Shown here: piece after piece, positions 10,991 to 21,682 of the stretch | Layout: every line of letters starts with the position of its first letter | How positions within the stretch are numbered: position 1 is the stretch's first letter | NCBI GenBank assembly: GCA_963790025.1 | Contig: CAWBMP010000005.1 | Coordinates: forward strand, 192,001-256,000 | Direction: 5' to 3' | Origin: Nitrospirota bacterium | GTDB taxonomy: Bacteria > Nitrospirota > Thermodesulfovibrionia > Thermodesulfovibrionales > Dissulfurispiraceae | DNA length: 64,000 nt | Translations under genes and position numbers: made by a program | Notes under the pieces: generated by a model | What the model saw: only the letters and a program-made list of their open reading frames with translations | Databases searched by the model: none | Told to the model about the DNA's origin: nothing

Positions 10991-11393
10991 TCGTACCTTA
11001 GAAAAGGACTTTAACAGTTTCTTTCGGAACTGAACACCTCCGGCGAAATATCCGCGGTGAGGAGTGCTTGGTGAACCCTCATAGAAGATGATCGTACGCG
11101 GTCTGTCAAATCGAGTAATGGCAACTATAGCTAAATATTGCTCTATATTTTTTTGCAGAAGTTTAACCTATCCTCTTTGCTCCGTTGTTGTCGCCGCGTC
11201 TATAAAAACCTCTTATAAACAATAAACGAACTGAATAACTCTGTTCTGGAATTGTTAGCCTGTTCAAGCGGTAAAAAAATTGGGGGGGGAATTCTGAAAC
11301 AAAACGGGTTGACTTTTGTCATATGTTATTTTATCAGGAAGTAATCTCCTTCGCCATAAATATCCCCCTCTCCGTCGCAGAGGCGCGACTTCT

Positions 11394-12281
11394 TCATGTC
11401 TCAAAACCTGATAGTTTCTCCTCAGTCAATTCGTCGGTCTTGCGCTCAAGTTCTGCAATAACCTGAGCACCTAATAGAAGGATCAACGCTACAGCTTCTA
11501 CACTGAGAAGGGCAACCACTACCGTGGCGATAGAACCATAAATTAGATTTACCAAAGATAAGACTGCGTAATACCAGACCAGTATGCGCCGGGTGATCTC
11601 CCATAAAATCGTCGCGGTTATCCCGCCGATTAGTGCGTGACGAAAGGTGATACGTACGACAGGCATCACCAAATATATGGAAGTGAGCATGAGCATCTCA
11701 CCAAGTAGCCCTAATATATATAGCACGACCCTGGAAGTGCCTTCAAGACTCAAACTCCATCCAAACAGCAGCAATTCCCTCTTGTCAAGTATCTCTAATG
11801 CTCCCGCAATAAACGATACCAGCACTATACCCAGACCCATTAACAGGATATACACATAAGGAATAATTGCGGAAATGAAAAAGTTGCGGCGCTGAATCCT
11901 GACACGTTGAAAAAAAATCACGGACATAGCGTTTTCAAGCATCGAAAAGGATAACGAGCTGAAAAACAACATGCCAAGGAAACCTATAATCCCAATCACC
12001 TTGCGATGCTCAAGAAATACCCGCACCTGTTCAGTCAAAGTTGCTGCATAGCCGGGTATCACCATTTCCAGATACGTTGATAAGGTGTTAAACAACTGGT
12101 TCTCTCCTATGAAATGCGACAGCACAATGAGGGCGAGGATTGACATGGGCACAATTGACAAGAGGGTATAATAAGCTACAGCGCCGGATAACAGCAGCCC
12201 CTGATTACGTTTAAAGCCACGCAATACCCTCAGCAGGAAGCTGAAGAGCCGACCCATTGCATTTTGTTGTTTGTTTATCAT
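11394..12281 (-). CDS. YihY/BrkB family membrane protein
   Basis: SGAVAYYTLLSIVP and IYGSIATVVVALL...LLGAQV motifs; multiple TM helices. Confidence 0.85.
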   Translation of the reverse strand: MINKQQNAMGRLFSFLLRVLRGFKRNQGLLLSGAVAYYTLLSIVPMSILALIVLSHFIGENQLFNTLSTYLEMVIPGYAATLTEQVRVFLEHRKVIGIIGFLGMLFFSSLSFSMLENAMSVIFFQRVRIQRRNFFISAIIPYVYILLMGLGIVLVSFIAGALEILDKRELLLFGWSLSLEGTSRVVLYILGLLGEMLMLTSIYLVMPVVRITFRHALIGGITATILWEITRRILVWYYAVLSLVNLIYGSIATVVVALLSVEAVALILLLGAQVIAELERKTDELTEEKLSGFET

Positions 12282-12461
12282 GGAATGAGAACTTGCACAA
12301 CCACTAAAAATTATTATGCTTTTTACAATAATCCTATCATGGCTCAGGATAAAAAAGAACAGTCACAGGGTAATGACAAGTCAAATTATCATGAAATTAT
12401 CATACCTGTTACGGAAGAGAAATCTGCAAAAGTTGTAAGTTGTTGAAAAGAAGTTGGAATC

Positions 12462-12506
12462 TGGTGCCCTCTACAAGATTCGAACTTGCGGCCCCAGGTT
12501 TAGGAA
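12462..12506 (-). repeat. displaced 3' half of tRNA-Arg(CCT) (att junction)
   Basis: 43/45 identical to 28458-28502; homology stops in the anticodon loop. Confidence 0.9.
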
Positions 12507-12984
12507 GTCAAAATAGCACATTTTTGCAGATGGGCGTCTGGTAAGGGTTTGGGCATAACTTATTAAATTGCAAGGCGGTTTTGGGTTGACGTATTTTCCA
12601 TGTATTACCATATTTTCTGTCCTTTCAGTGGCATTCTGCTACAATTTTGCTACAGTTAGCTATTATAGCGCGTTTTAGCCTTGAGAGCGTGATTTAAACA
12701 ATTTTTATAACTGGGCCTTCTACCTACGAAATTGGCCTTTTAGCTTAACTTTCAAAGAGTTTGAACGTTATATCCTTTACGGTATTTTCTATCCTTTCAT
12801 GTGCTTTAGGATATTTTTGGTTACATTTTGGCTACAGTCAGACTCTTATTCGAGGCCGGATATCTCACAGAACCCAACGCTCCGGCGCGGCTCGATAATT
12901 ATCAAGGTTTCAAACGATAACTGTTGCTGCGATACGGCTTTCAACTCGCATACTGTGAAATCAGGGCAGTCCTAGCCATAAGTC

Positions 12985-13488
12985 TTAGTCGCTCGTCAAG
13001 TCATGTCCCGGCCAGAGCGCGGTGAGGGCAAGGGCCACCGCAATTCTCAGCGAGACCTCGACGAAGCGGTGAACTGCGATGAGCTGTGGCGCTTTTCCTC
13101 GCACGACGAGCATGACAATTGTGAGCGTGATGCCTGCGAATCTATAGGCACTCTGGTCAAGGCGTAAAATGGCGCAGATCAGCCCGAGCACAAAGATCGC
13201 CGCACCGAATACAATAATCCCCGGATCAAAATAGCTCACCATTAGCCCTCCCAGCGCAGCACCCAGTGCTGTGCCGATAAAGCGCTGCTTCGAAACTGGC
13301 CATGCGGCCCCTAGCGTTGACTGCATTACAGTGAGCGTCGCAATCGCCGCCCAGTACGACTCCGGCATGGTCAATAACTGCGCTATGGTTAAAGACGCTG
13401 TCGCTCCAACGGCTGTGCGGGCCGAGTGCAGCAGCCAGCCGTTTTTCCATAACAAGGAAAACCAATTCGTTGGATTTAGCCTCGCCAT
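12985..13488 (-). CDS. short FUSC-family (aromatic acid exporter-like) membrane protein
   Basis: PESYWAAIATLTVMQS, RFIGTALGA and HRFVEVSL motifs; RBS AAGGAG before ATG 13488. Confidence 0.75.
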   Translation of the reverse strand: MARLNPTNWFSLLWKNGWLLHSARTAVGATASLTIAQLLTMPESYWAAIATLTVMQSTLGAAWPVSKQRFIGTALGAALGGLMVSYFDPGIIVFGAAIFVLGLICAILRLDQSAYRFAGITLTIVMLVVRGKAPQLIAVHRFVEVSLRIAVALALTALWPGHDLTSD

Positions 13489-13815
13489 ACATTCTCCTTT
13501 GAACAGCCCAGTTACTTTCATTAGAACTCATACTATGGAGAATTATAGCAGGATTTGAAAATGCGGACTAATCATAAAAAGGGTCTCTTGTTACCTGTGA
13601 GATGAAACCTAGAATCAACGGGCATTGCACCTTAACTATGAATTATCGGTTTCCGAATAAAGATATTACTCATTCGAGATTCGATGGCCACTCTTTTTAA
13701 CGTTTTAAAAAAACATTCAGGAATTCCGACGCGACTTGCTCACAGAAGTCGAAAGTGCGCCGGACTTTACGAAATGTGACAGTTTTTAGCGGAAATCGAG
13801 GCTATCGGACAGCTG

Positions 13816-14442
13816 TCAGCGTGTTCTCGCGTCCGCTGGAGCGGCTTGTTCGGCGGAACCATGTCCTACTGGAGCCTGCAAAAGCTGTAGCCTTGTTGCC
13901 CGTTGCAGGAACTCGCTGGTAAGCCGCTCCAAGAAGACTGAGCACTTCCAATTTAGCTCCTCAACCTGCTTCCTGGCGGCAGGACAAACTTCAGACGATG
14001 TTTTCGCATCTTGCACGGCACGATGTACCGAGACGAACTTGTAGTGAAGACTCTTGGGGTGGTCCCCGGCATTATCGTCGCGATAATCAAGGAAGAGGTT
14101 GGCCTGATTTTCATTGACCAACAGGCGGATTTTGTTTCGATTGCGCCAGAAGCTTGAATTCCACTCAACTACTGATATGAAATACTGCTTTTCGCACTTG
14201 AGCACCTTCTCCTCGTGACCTTCCTCAATTGCCTGCAGATATCTCTGAAGCAGAAAGAAGCGCTTTCCGATTTGTCCTGAGAGTGCGTCAAGGAACGCAA
14301 CTCCCTCGTCATACCGCGCCTTATAGAGCGAATGTTCCGTCTAGAATTTCCAGGAACGCTTCTTGAGAAAGAAACCCAAGACACCGCCAAGTACTGTGGT
14401 GAGAAAAAAACCGAGAATCAACAGTAATGTTTTTTCAGCCAT
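13816..14442 (-). pseudogene. cassette-like hypothetical membrane-anchored protein interrupted by one in-frame TAG (14341-14343)
   Basis: ATG 14442 with upstream GAGG/GGAG gives MAEKTLLLILGFFLTTVLGG...KF*TEHSLY..., in frame with ORF 13816-14205. Confidence 0.6.
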
Positions 14443-14465
14443 ACTCCAGCTTCCTCTGCTCCGCC

Positions 14466-14562
14466 TTCGAACGCAATGCTTGACCTGCCTTGTGGACACA
14501 ACCGGAATGGGCTTCGCAATTCGCAGTTAGCTCCTCAAGGTCAGGTTAATGCGACGTTTCGA
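14466..14562 (-). other. attC-like integron cassette site (degenerate)
   Basis: Minus strand TCGAAAC-GTC-GCATTAACCTG...CAGGTCAAGC-ATTGC-GTTCGAA; palindrome with one extra base in the left L arm; next gene starts about 25 nt later. Confidence 0.55.
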
Positions 14563-14611
14563 CTTTTTTAAATATTTCTTCCTCAACTATTCTTGTGGCT
14601 TCGAGGATATA

Positions 14612-14665
14612 AAATAGGGACATCAACCATTTTTGTGACACTAAAATTGATCGCTGTCCCTATTT
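14612..14665. repeat. small inverted-repeat element AAATAGGGACA...TGTCCCTATTT
   Basis: Perfect 11-bp inverted repeat just downstream of the 14673 stop. Confidence 0.6.
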
Positions 14666-14672
14666 ATTGTAA

Positions 14673-15260
14673 TTACTTATTCATATTCAATAGGTCCTTA
14701 ATTCTTCCTTCCAGAAAACTCGGTTCTGGAAAAAGAGCCGTTGAATATAGCCAGTCCTTGCGTTTCCCAACTTGCAGAAGACCCGCCGTTGGCTTGTATT
14801 CTCTAGCATGGACGACGTCAATAGATTCTATAGGCTGCACCCATTGAACGATTCTACCGGATGTCCTTGTTCTCTCGTCGTCCAAAACACAAAAGAGACT
14901 TCGTGTGCTCGCAACCAACCAAGTGCGCTGTTTTGCAGTAGAGAAAATCAAAACCTGTCCCACAAAGGTCTCACCATTAGAAAGAAGTCCCAGCGAGCTA
15001 ATGACGTTCCTGATACCTTCTTCAGTCAAGAAGCCGCCGGGACCTATGATTTCAAGTTCCTTCTTGACTTCATTTGGAGCATCAATGGGTTCAGAAGCAG
15101 GCCGCTGAAACTCGGCCTCGGTGTCACCAATCTTAAGTTTAGCCAATCTCTCTATCAGACTGGAGATCTGGTTTCTAAACAGGTAAAGTCCAATGAGAAC
15201 CACCGATGGCCACAAAAGAGCCTTTATGAGATCAAGCCAGAGTTCGAGAGGTGATTTCAT
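14673..15260 (-). CDS. hypothetical protein with N-terminal TM helix and beta-rich C-terminal domain
   Basis: 195-aa ORF; RBS AAGGGG; WPSVVLIGLYLFR TM segment. Confidence 0.75.
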   Translation of the reverse strand: MKSPLELWLDLIKALLWPSVVLIGLYLFRNQISSLIERLAKLKIGDTEAEFQRPASEPIDAPNEVKKELEIIGPGGFLTEEGIRNVISSLGLLSNGETFVGQVLIFSTAKQRTWLVASTRSLFCVLDDERTRTSGRIVQWVQPIESIDVVHAREYKPTAGLLQVGKRKDWLYSTALFPEPSFLEGRIKDLLNMNK

Positions 15261-15380
15261 CTTTCCCCTTGCGTTGACAATACTATTTGCTGGTTTCTCG
15301 CTATTTTACAGAAAGCCGCAAGCTTTGACAAGTATCGTTGTTAGCCTCCCGTTGCCTCTATAAATGCACACGGAGAAGAA

Positions 15381-18300
15381 TCATTTCTTCCTCGTGCGTC
15401 TCCGCCGCACCGGAGAACCTCCCTGCATAATAGAGCGATTATCTATCTCATTTAAAGCATCGCTAACTCCATATGCTTCAATATCCAATAATGTCTCAAA
15501 CAATTCCAATCCCTGTAATCTGTGTGTGCCGCCCAGTCTCTGCAATGTCAGCGCTATGTTAATAATTTCAGGAGCAGCAATCGCAAAAGAAGTACTCAAA
15601 TTGTTGAGTTCCGATCTTTTTTGCTCAATCAATATTTTGGAAATATCGTATATACGGTCGGGTTCTAAAGGTAATAAATCTCGAAGACGCTCAACGATAA
15701 AGGTATCAGGAGCATACTGAAAAGATCTTGGATGTTGTATTAAACAATCTAGAAACTTTCTTGTAAGGTCGTCAGGAACTATATGGTCTATGATACGAAA
15801 AATATCCATTATTGCTCTATCAATTTTATCGTCATTATCTTTAATTAGTTCGCATAACATACCTGTTGCGATCTTCTTGTAAGTCAATTCAGACCACAAA
15901 CGGGACACAGTATAAGCAAGTCCTAAGCGCATATGTTGAACTTTAACTTGGTCTTGATCTGGATAATCCCTCTGCATTATTCTATGAATTTCGTAGCCAA
16001 CATCCTCATTTTCAGGGTGCCAAGCATAGTAGAGCATCGATATTTCAGCATAAGCCTGAGGGCCTTTAACCCACTCGCCGTCGCGCAACGAAAATAACCA
16101 TTTCATAAAAACATCAGTGGGAATCCAAGCTTGAATCTGTGTAAGCAAAATAGCCCCTTGATTACTGCTAATCAATCGAGGATAGCTACTAAACAGATTC
16201 TCTAAGAAAGTGATTGCCCTAGAATGCTCACAATTGGAAAGATACTGCAAGAAGTGAAGCATAGCATGCCATACTTCCACGGCATCGTTGCGAGAGAGGT
16301 GTGACTCTAAAACTTCTATCCACCGATCTGCAGCTATTGGTTTTCGGAAGAGTAATGCTTTAGTGAGTGCCTCCAGTATAGTAAAGCTACCTTGAGGCAC
16401 AACAAAAAAGCTCTGATGTCCCCACAAGATACTCCGATCTACTTTCTCTTCTTTCTCTTCTTTCTCTTCTTTCGTGTGATTAGTTGAACTGTACTTATGT
16501 GGCTCTACTGCTTGAGTTAACCATTCATTCAATATGTTGCAAATATAATCAGGCAAGCCAATACTGTCTTTAACTCTTACCGATAAGGCATGGGCGGCGG
16601 CGGCGCGGAATTCAAGCGTCTTAAATCCCCGCTTATTTAATTCGACAACTAAAGTAAATAGTTCTTTGTCAGGTAGTTCTGAAATGGACAATCCCTCAAG
16701 TGCCATCCCCGTGGGTCTCTCTTGTAAACCCGGTTTGAAGTGACCTAATATAGGGATAGCTCTCTGAGGGTGCGATTTAGCAAAGTCCGAAAAAGCTCTC
16801 GATGCTTGTATGCTCCCGCCTAGTGAAAGGTCCTTCGGATGATCCCAATTCGTGCTATCTACAAACTTTTCGAATAGCTTTACAATGTCTTCATCTTTAG
16901 CCTTTGCCATTTGCTCCGCAGACATCGGGCTTTCAATCGTATGAAATCCAGTAAAAACTATTTCCTTTTCTGACAATTTGGGGAACGCTCTTTCTTCCTC
17001 CTCAACAAGGCGCTTTGTTTTGTCGCTCATCAGGTCTCTTGGAATGGCGTGTAAGACTTTCAGTCGACGCTGTCGATTATACTTAAATGTATCAGCCCGC
17101 CTCTGACCACTGTCACCCTCTTCATTAGGGAAACAGTCCCATTTGAGGATTGCATCTTCTAGCTTTGAGAGGTCCTGCTGAGAAAGAAGGGGGGCCAGTT
17201 TTGAAATCAAACGTTTACTATCTTTGTGCTGATCATCATAGCTACCTAAAGCAAATCTTCTTCCGTCAGACATGATAAACTTGAAAACAACTTGAGGAAA
17301 GTTTTCAATTAATTTTTCTAATCCCTTTGACAAGAGTCTTTGGACAAGAGATATATTAGATTTCTCCCATTTGTTCAAGAAGCTTATGAAAGCAACCGCA
17401 TCGGTTTGAGCAAATGTTTCAATAGCAATTTTGAAGGAAGTCATAAACGGATATCTATCAGGTTCTCCATCCTTCAAGTCCTCAGATAAGATTGAAATGT
17501 GATGGTAAGTGCCCTTGACCGACGAATCACCGAAATCTCTTTCAAGCATCTCTACAAGCCATGGCCAAACAACATCAAGATAGACTTTTGGGGCTGCTTC
17601 TGCTATAGCCGGAAGATTGTACCACTCGTCAAAGCTATCTAAAGCCTTCTGATGTTTTATCCCGGGCAAACTTTGCTCAGAACTAGCTATGCTTTGTGCC
17701 AATCCATATCGTACAACAATCGGCGCTAGTTCAGGAGACGCAGCTGAAATTATACTTGCCAGGTCGCAAACTGCCCAGGAAGCAAATTTGGTTCTATGTA
17801 AAATAGTGCAAATTACTTCTATTGCTTTAGCATCCCATTGGGATAACTCCTGAAACGTCGCCCATGTTAACGGGTCCTTTTCCTTATCACGTAGCCAATA
17901 GCGCTCAATTAGCTTAAATACGCCATCGCTGTCAAATCGCCATGCCTTTTGAAGGATGAATATGGCATGCTTTGCACGTTCTGTTTCTTCAGACATTATT
18001 TGAGGAAGATAAGTGTTCTTTACTCGCTCGAACCATCCGGGGCTCCCTGACATAAAATAAAGAACCTTGCGTCTAAACTCAGGCTTTTCCAAAAGTGGGA
18101 GTAGTTTTCCCGCCTCATAATCGTCAGGTTTCTGTAGTTGGCTCAAGAATTCTATTAGTAATAGCCTAATGTGTAATCGGAGACTTTCGTCTGTCCAAAG
18201 ACGATCAAGCTCCTTTTTGTATGTCACTTCGTGTGCAACACGCAAATAATGTAGGCCACTCCATAGTTGCGGTCTCACAAATAATGCGCTCTGTCTCGCC

Positions 18301-20402
18301 ACAACATAATTTGATAAACTCTCAATCTCTTTCGCAAATGCCCTTGCTCTGGCAAAGTCGAAGATGGTTTGATGACTAAAAGCTATTCTTATTCCAGAGT
18401 TATCGGATATCAGTATTCCTTCAGAGATAAGGTTCTCAAGGCTCTTCATATGGGCATCAAAAGCCGATATGGGCAACCAGAGTGTTTCTTCTTCCCCCAT
18501 TTTTGAAGCTATCCGTTCAACCAACTCTGCTCGGCCTTCAATTCCATCAGGATTTAAAAGTTTGATCTTCCATAATTCTTCAAGTAGAGCATGATACGTG
18601 AGAAGATCTTTAGTTACTGCAAAAGAGGGGGCAATCTTCAAAAATATTTTGATATGGAGCGGTGTCTTGAGTAGCTCCTTAAAATTAGGATTCCAAGAGG
18701 ATGAATCAATTCCCATGTCTTTCAATACTTGTGCCACGTCATCCCATTGAGGGAGTTCAAGTGTCACAGTATCGGCCTTAATGCTTCTCAGGCGGGCATC
18801 ATGGTTATATTCAAATGTCCTGCAAGAGGACAAAACATGAACGTTTGGTTTATCCGAAAGTCGCTTTATGAAATCAAGCATTATATTTAGGCGTTCAGTT
18901 CTTAGATCCACCAAGTCACCGAGAGCATCTAGCTGGTCCAATAAAACAACCACCTTCTCATGTCTGGATAATCTCTCTACGCACGCTACAAGATTATCGG
19001 GCAAGCCTAAATCTTTTGATAGCTGCTCCAATGAATTCACAGATACATTGAGAAGATCCGCTTTTATGGCAAGGACAGTAATTCCTTTGTCTTCGAGAGT
19101 CTTGCCTAATTTGGCCAACAATGACGACTTTCCACTTCCTGGAGCACCCAATAATATAATTGTATTGCTGTCCTGAGTTTCAAATGCTGTCATTAGCCGC
19201 CTTATTTCAGGCCTATCTATCCAACGATCAACTCCTACAGTAACATGCCAAGATAACAGGTCAATGGATGTTCTCTTAAGTGCAGCCCTTATCTCGTCTA
19301 AAGAGATGTATTCTGATTCCAAATGAACAAATGTGATTGGAAACTCTTTCAATAGCGTGAGCTTATTGGAATCAAACAAAGACTTGATACGCTCGAATCC
19401 ATTCAGTGAACTTTGCGCGAAGATGACAAGACTACCTTTCTCGATGCGATAAATACTTAAAGATGAATCCCCCGACAACTCCCTAAGGTTCGCTTCCATC
19501 TGTAGCAGTAAAGTCTTATCAGGCATTTCTGAGGTCGTTTCGACACCTAAAACAAATCTAAGGGTATCTCTCTCGTCACGCGTCTCCACTCCTGCATGTA
19601 AACTTAAAGATGCTTCGCTGACAACAAGCTTGGCTAACATCTCAAAGGCAAAGGCACTAGCATGAAGTGCGGCGGTCTCATGATATCCATCACCTTTTTC
19701 GTCAACCAGATCCGAGATGCCACGTATAATTATCGTTTCTTTACCACTGCGGTGTGCGGCATCATGCACACCGAACCCTTCCATATCAACAGCAAGGGCA
19801 TCACCATAATTCTGCTTTATGAAAACATATACTTCAGATTTTGAGTCCGCTATTACCTTCTCTCCCGAAGCTATAGCTCCAACAAGAGCTCTTGGATTTC
19901 GTTCAGGTAGTTTAGAGATTCTCTTTAACCAATCCTCTTTTCTTGCCGCTGCACGAGCTCTTTGTTCCAGTCTATAAGCGGCTCTATAGGCACTGGGACG
20001 TGGTCTTAACTCCTTCTCAGCCTTGCCGAACTCATAGCCATATACCTTTGTTGCAGCGATCACATCTGCGATTTCAACGTCCTTTATCCCTCCTGCAATG
20101 CCAACAAAGAATACGAATCTGGGGTTAAAATAATCGATTGCGCGTTCTGTTTCTAAAGCTGCGGTTTCATTACCAGGCCCTGTTTCAATAACGGCAACAT
20201 TCCAAAATTGACCATCAGAGCGAAAAATACCACACTCATACACAGCGCCTTTGGGATGGACCCTTTCCAGTAAATCAGTGAGATGACTAGTGACAGCTGT
20301 AAATTCGATGGGAAGAGCAGTAACGATTACAACCCATGGAAGATCGTTAATATTATGAGGATTTACGTTGGTTTGCTGCATTGACAGAGGATCCATATTC
20401 AT
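15381..20402 (-). CDS. PNP/MTA-SAH nucleosidase-like effector, TRADD-N-like linker, STAND NTPase and long helical sensor region (Avs-like defence protein candidate)
   Basis: VTALPIE, FVGIAGG, GAIASGEKVI, VDMEG and IRGISD (PNP_UDP fold); Walker A GAPGSGKS; Walker B VLLDQLD; winged-helix FSHQTIFDF. Confidence 0.85.
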   Translation of the reverse strand: MNMDPLSMQQTNVNPHNINDLPWVVIVTALPIEFTAVTSHLTDLLERVHPKGAVYECGIFRSDGQFWNVAVIETGPGNETAALETERAIDYFNPRFVFFVGIAGGIKDVEIADVIAATKVYGYEFGKAEKELRPRPSAYRAAYRLEQRARAAARKEDWLKRISKLPERNPRALVGAIASGEKVIADSKSEVYVFIKQNYGDALAVDMEGFGVHDAAHRSGKETIIIRGISDLVDEKGDGYHETAALHASAFAFEMLAKLVVSEASLSLHAGVETRDERDTLRFVLGVETTSEMPDKTLLLQMEANLRELSGDSSLSIYRIEKGSLVIFAQSSLNGFERIKSLFDSNKLTLLKEFPITFVHLESEYISLDEIRAALKRTSIDLLSWHVTVGVDRWIDRPEIRRLMTAFETQDSNTIILLGAPGSGKSSLLAKLGKTLEDKGITVLAIKADLLNVSVNSLEQLSKDLGLPDNLVACVERLSRHEKVVVLLDQLDALGDLVDLRTERLNIMLDFIKRLSDKPNVHVLSSCRTFEYNHDARLRSIKADTVTLELPQWDDVAQVLKDMGIDSSSWNPNFKELLKTPLHIKIFLKIAPSFAVTKDLLTYHALLEELWKIKLLNPDGIEGRAELVERIASKMGEEETLWLPISAFDAHMKSLENLISEGILISDNSGIRIAFSHQTIFDFARARAFAKEIESLSNYVVARQSALFVRPQLWSGLHYLRVAHEVTYKKELDRLWTDESLRLHIRLLLIEFLSQLQKPDDYEAGKLLPLLEKPEFRRKVLYFMSGSPGWFERVKNTYLPQIMSEETERAKHAIFILQKAWRFDSDGVFKLIERYWLRDKEKDPLTWATFQELSQWDAKAIEVICTILHRTKFASWAVCDLASIISAASPELAPIVVRYGLAQSIASSEQSLPGIKHQKALDSFDEWYNLPAIAEAAPKVYLDVVWPWLVEMLERDFGDSSVKGTYHHISILSEDLKDGEPDRYPFMTSFKIAIETFAQTDAVAFISFLNKWEKSNISLVQRLLSKGLEKLIENFPQVVFKFIMSDGRRFALGSYDDQHKDSKRLISKLAPLLSQQDLSKLEDAILKWDCFPNEEGDSGQRRADTFKYNRQRRLKVLHAIPRDLMSDKTKRLVEEEERAFPKLSEKEIVFTGFHTIESPMSAEQMAKAKDEDIVKLFEKFVDSTNWDHPKDLSLGGSIQASRAFSDFAKSHPQRAIPILGHFKPGLQERPTGMALEGLSISELPDKELFTLVVELNKRGFKTLEFRAAAAHALSVRVKDSIGLPDYICNILNEWLTQAVEPHKYSSTNHTKEEKEEKEEKVDRSILWGHQSFFVVPQGSFTILEALTKALLFRKPIAADRWIEVLESHLSRNDAVEVWHAMLHFLQYLSNCEHSRAITFLENLFSSYPRLISSNQGAILLTQIQAWIPTDVFMKWLFSLRDGEWVKGPQAYAEISMLYYAWHPENEDVGYEIHRIMQRDYPDQDQVKVQHMRLGLAYTVSRLWSELTYKKIATGMLCELIKDNDDKIDRAIMDIFRIIDHIVPDDLTRKFLDCLIQHPRSFQYAPDTFIVERLRDLLPLEPDRIYDISKILIEQKRSELNNLSTSFAIAAPEIINIALTLQRLGGTHRLQGLELFETLLDIEAYGVSDALNEIDNRSIMQGGSPVRRRRTRKK

Positions 20403-20776
20403 TAAAATAATGACACATACGTGTATATTGCTCCGCTGCTCAGATTTGTGTCAACTTAAAAATCACTTAGCAAACGAGTGTAAGGTAAGCAAGGACGATG
20501 TTGACTCCGTTAACTTAAACAAACTGATAGAAGCTTGATAGTGCGTGCTATAAATGCCATCGCCTGCGGTTATTTTCGGTAATCCTCACACATTTCAACT
20601 TTCCGAAAGTGCGAAGTATCAGGTGCACACTATAACCGCAACAAAAAAGTACCCTCTCATTTAGGAGGAAGCACCTGATGGTGGCTGATGTCATCACGCC
20701 AGTTGTCGTGTTACGCCCCGTTGACTATTCTGAGGGATGCAGTAGAATAAGAGTAGGTCTTATCAAGGAGGACATC

Positions 20777-20899
20777 ATGAGCAAAGAAAACAAGCAAAAG
20801 CCAAATTCGAAGAAAAAACCTCAGCACACCCTGAAAGAAAAAAGACAAGCAAAAAGAGAAAAGGCTGAAGGTAAGCCCTTCCAAATGATGCCCAGTTGA
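20777..20899 (+). CDS. small lysine-rich protein (40 aa, MSKENKQKPNSKKKPQHTLKEKRQAKREK...)
   Basis: RBS AAGGAGGA before ATG 20777. Confidence 0.65.
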   Translation: MSKENKQKPNSKKKPQHTLKEKRQAKREKAEGKPFQMMPS

Positions 20900-21110
20900 A
20901 CTTACAATGGGCCGGTCTATCCCCGTTCCCTAGACCCGCCCGTGTTTTTCCCTTATGCTGGCACGTTCTCGGAGCGACTGTCGGTTTGTAATGTAAAACC
21001 GCAAAAGTTGCGTACTGCGAAATCTGTCTAGTAGAAGGTGTTCATGACAGAATGAGCACCTCTTAGGAATCCTGTTAATTAGTAGGCACAAGATAAAAGG
21101 GGGATTTAAC

Positions 21111-21554
21111 ATGGGTAAAACAAAATGGCAAATGTTAATGATGCTTCTGGTTATTGTATTGATCAGCGGATGTTCAACTATGAGTGACGTTGCGGTTTCC
21201 AAAGATTCAGGAACGAGTGCTGTTTATCCTGTGTCAGCCGACCAGGCTTGGGATATTGCAAAGGCTGTTTTTCGTTGGGAAGGTGCAGATGCTATAGAAG
21301 AACATCAGAAAGATGGTTATATGCTCACAAGCAGTGGAATGAACATGGTTTCGTGGGGTGCTGTAATGGGAGCATGGATAGATCCCATTGATAAGGACAA
21401 AACAAAAGTGACTGTCGTTACAAAACGTAGACTCTCTATGAATGTTGCAACTACACTAACAGAAGCCACATTTCAGAAGCGATTTGTGCAGGCGGTTGAC
21501 ATTGTGAAAGCCGGGAAACCCTTACCCATAAAAGCTCCTGAATTAAATGAATAG
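21111..21554 (+). CDS. hypothetical lipoprotein
   Basis: Signal peptide with lipobox ISG-C; RBS AGGGGG. Confidence 0.8.
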   Translation: MGKTKWQMLMMLLVIVLISGCSTMSDVAVSKDSGTSAVYPVSADQAWDIAKAVFRWEGADAIEEHQKDGYMLTSSGMNMVSWGAVMGAWIDPIDKDKTKVTVVTKRRLSMNVATTLTEATFQKRFVQAVDIVKAGKPLPIKAPELNE

Positions 21555-21682
21555 ATAAAATTCCTAAGATAGCGTTAGGGAATCGCTATACAAAGTAATC
21601 TGTAAGGAAAGGAAAAAATAATGTAATCAGGAAATGGGTCATAAATAGAATTGAGCTGCAACTGCAACCATAAAACAAACAA

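Noticed and set aside
14341..14343. In-frame TAG as pyrrolysine or readthrough
   Set aside because: No pyl genes in the window and the context is a decayed cassette; a nonsense mutation is simpler
15290..15350. GGCTAAC after the STAND gene as an attC start
   Set aside because: No matching L arms or GTT end could be found
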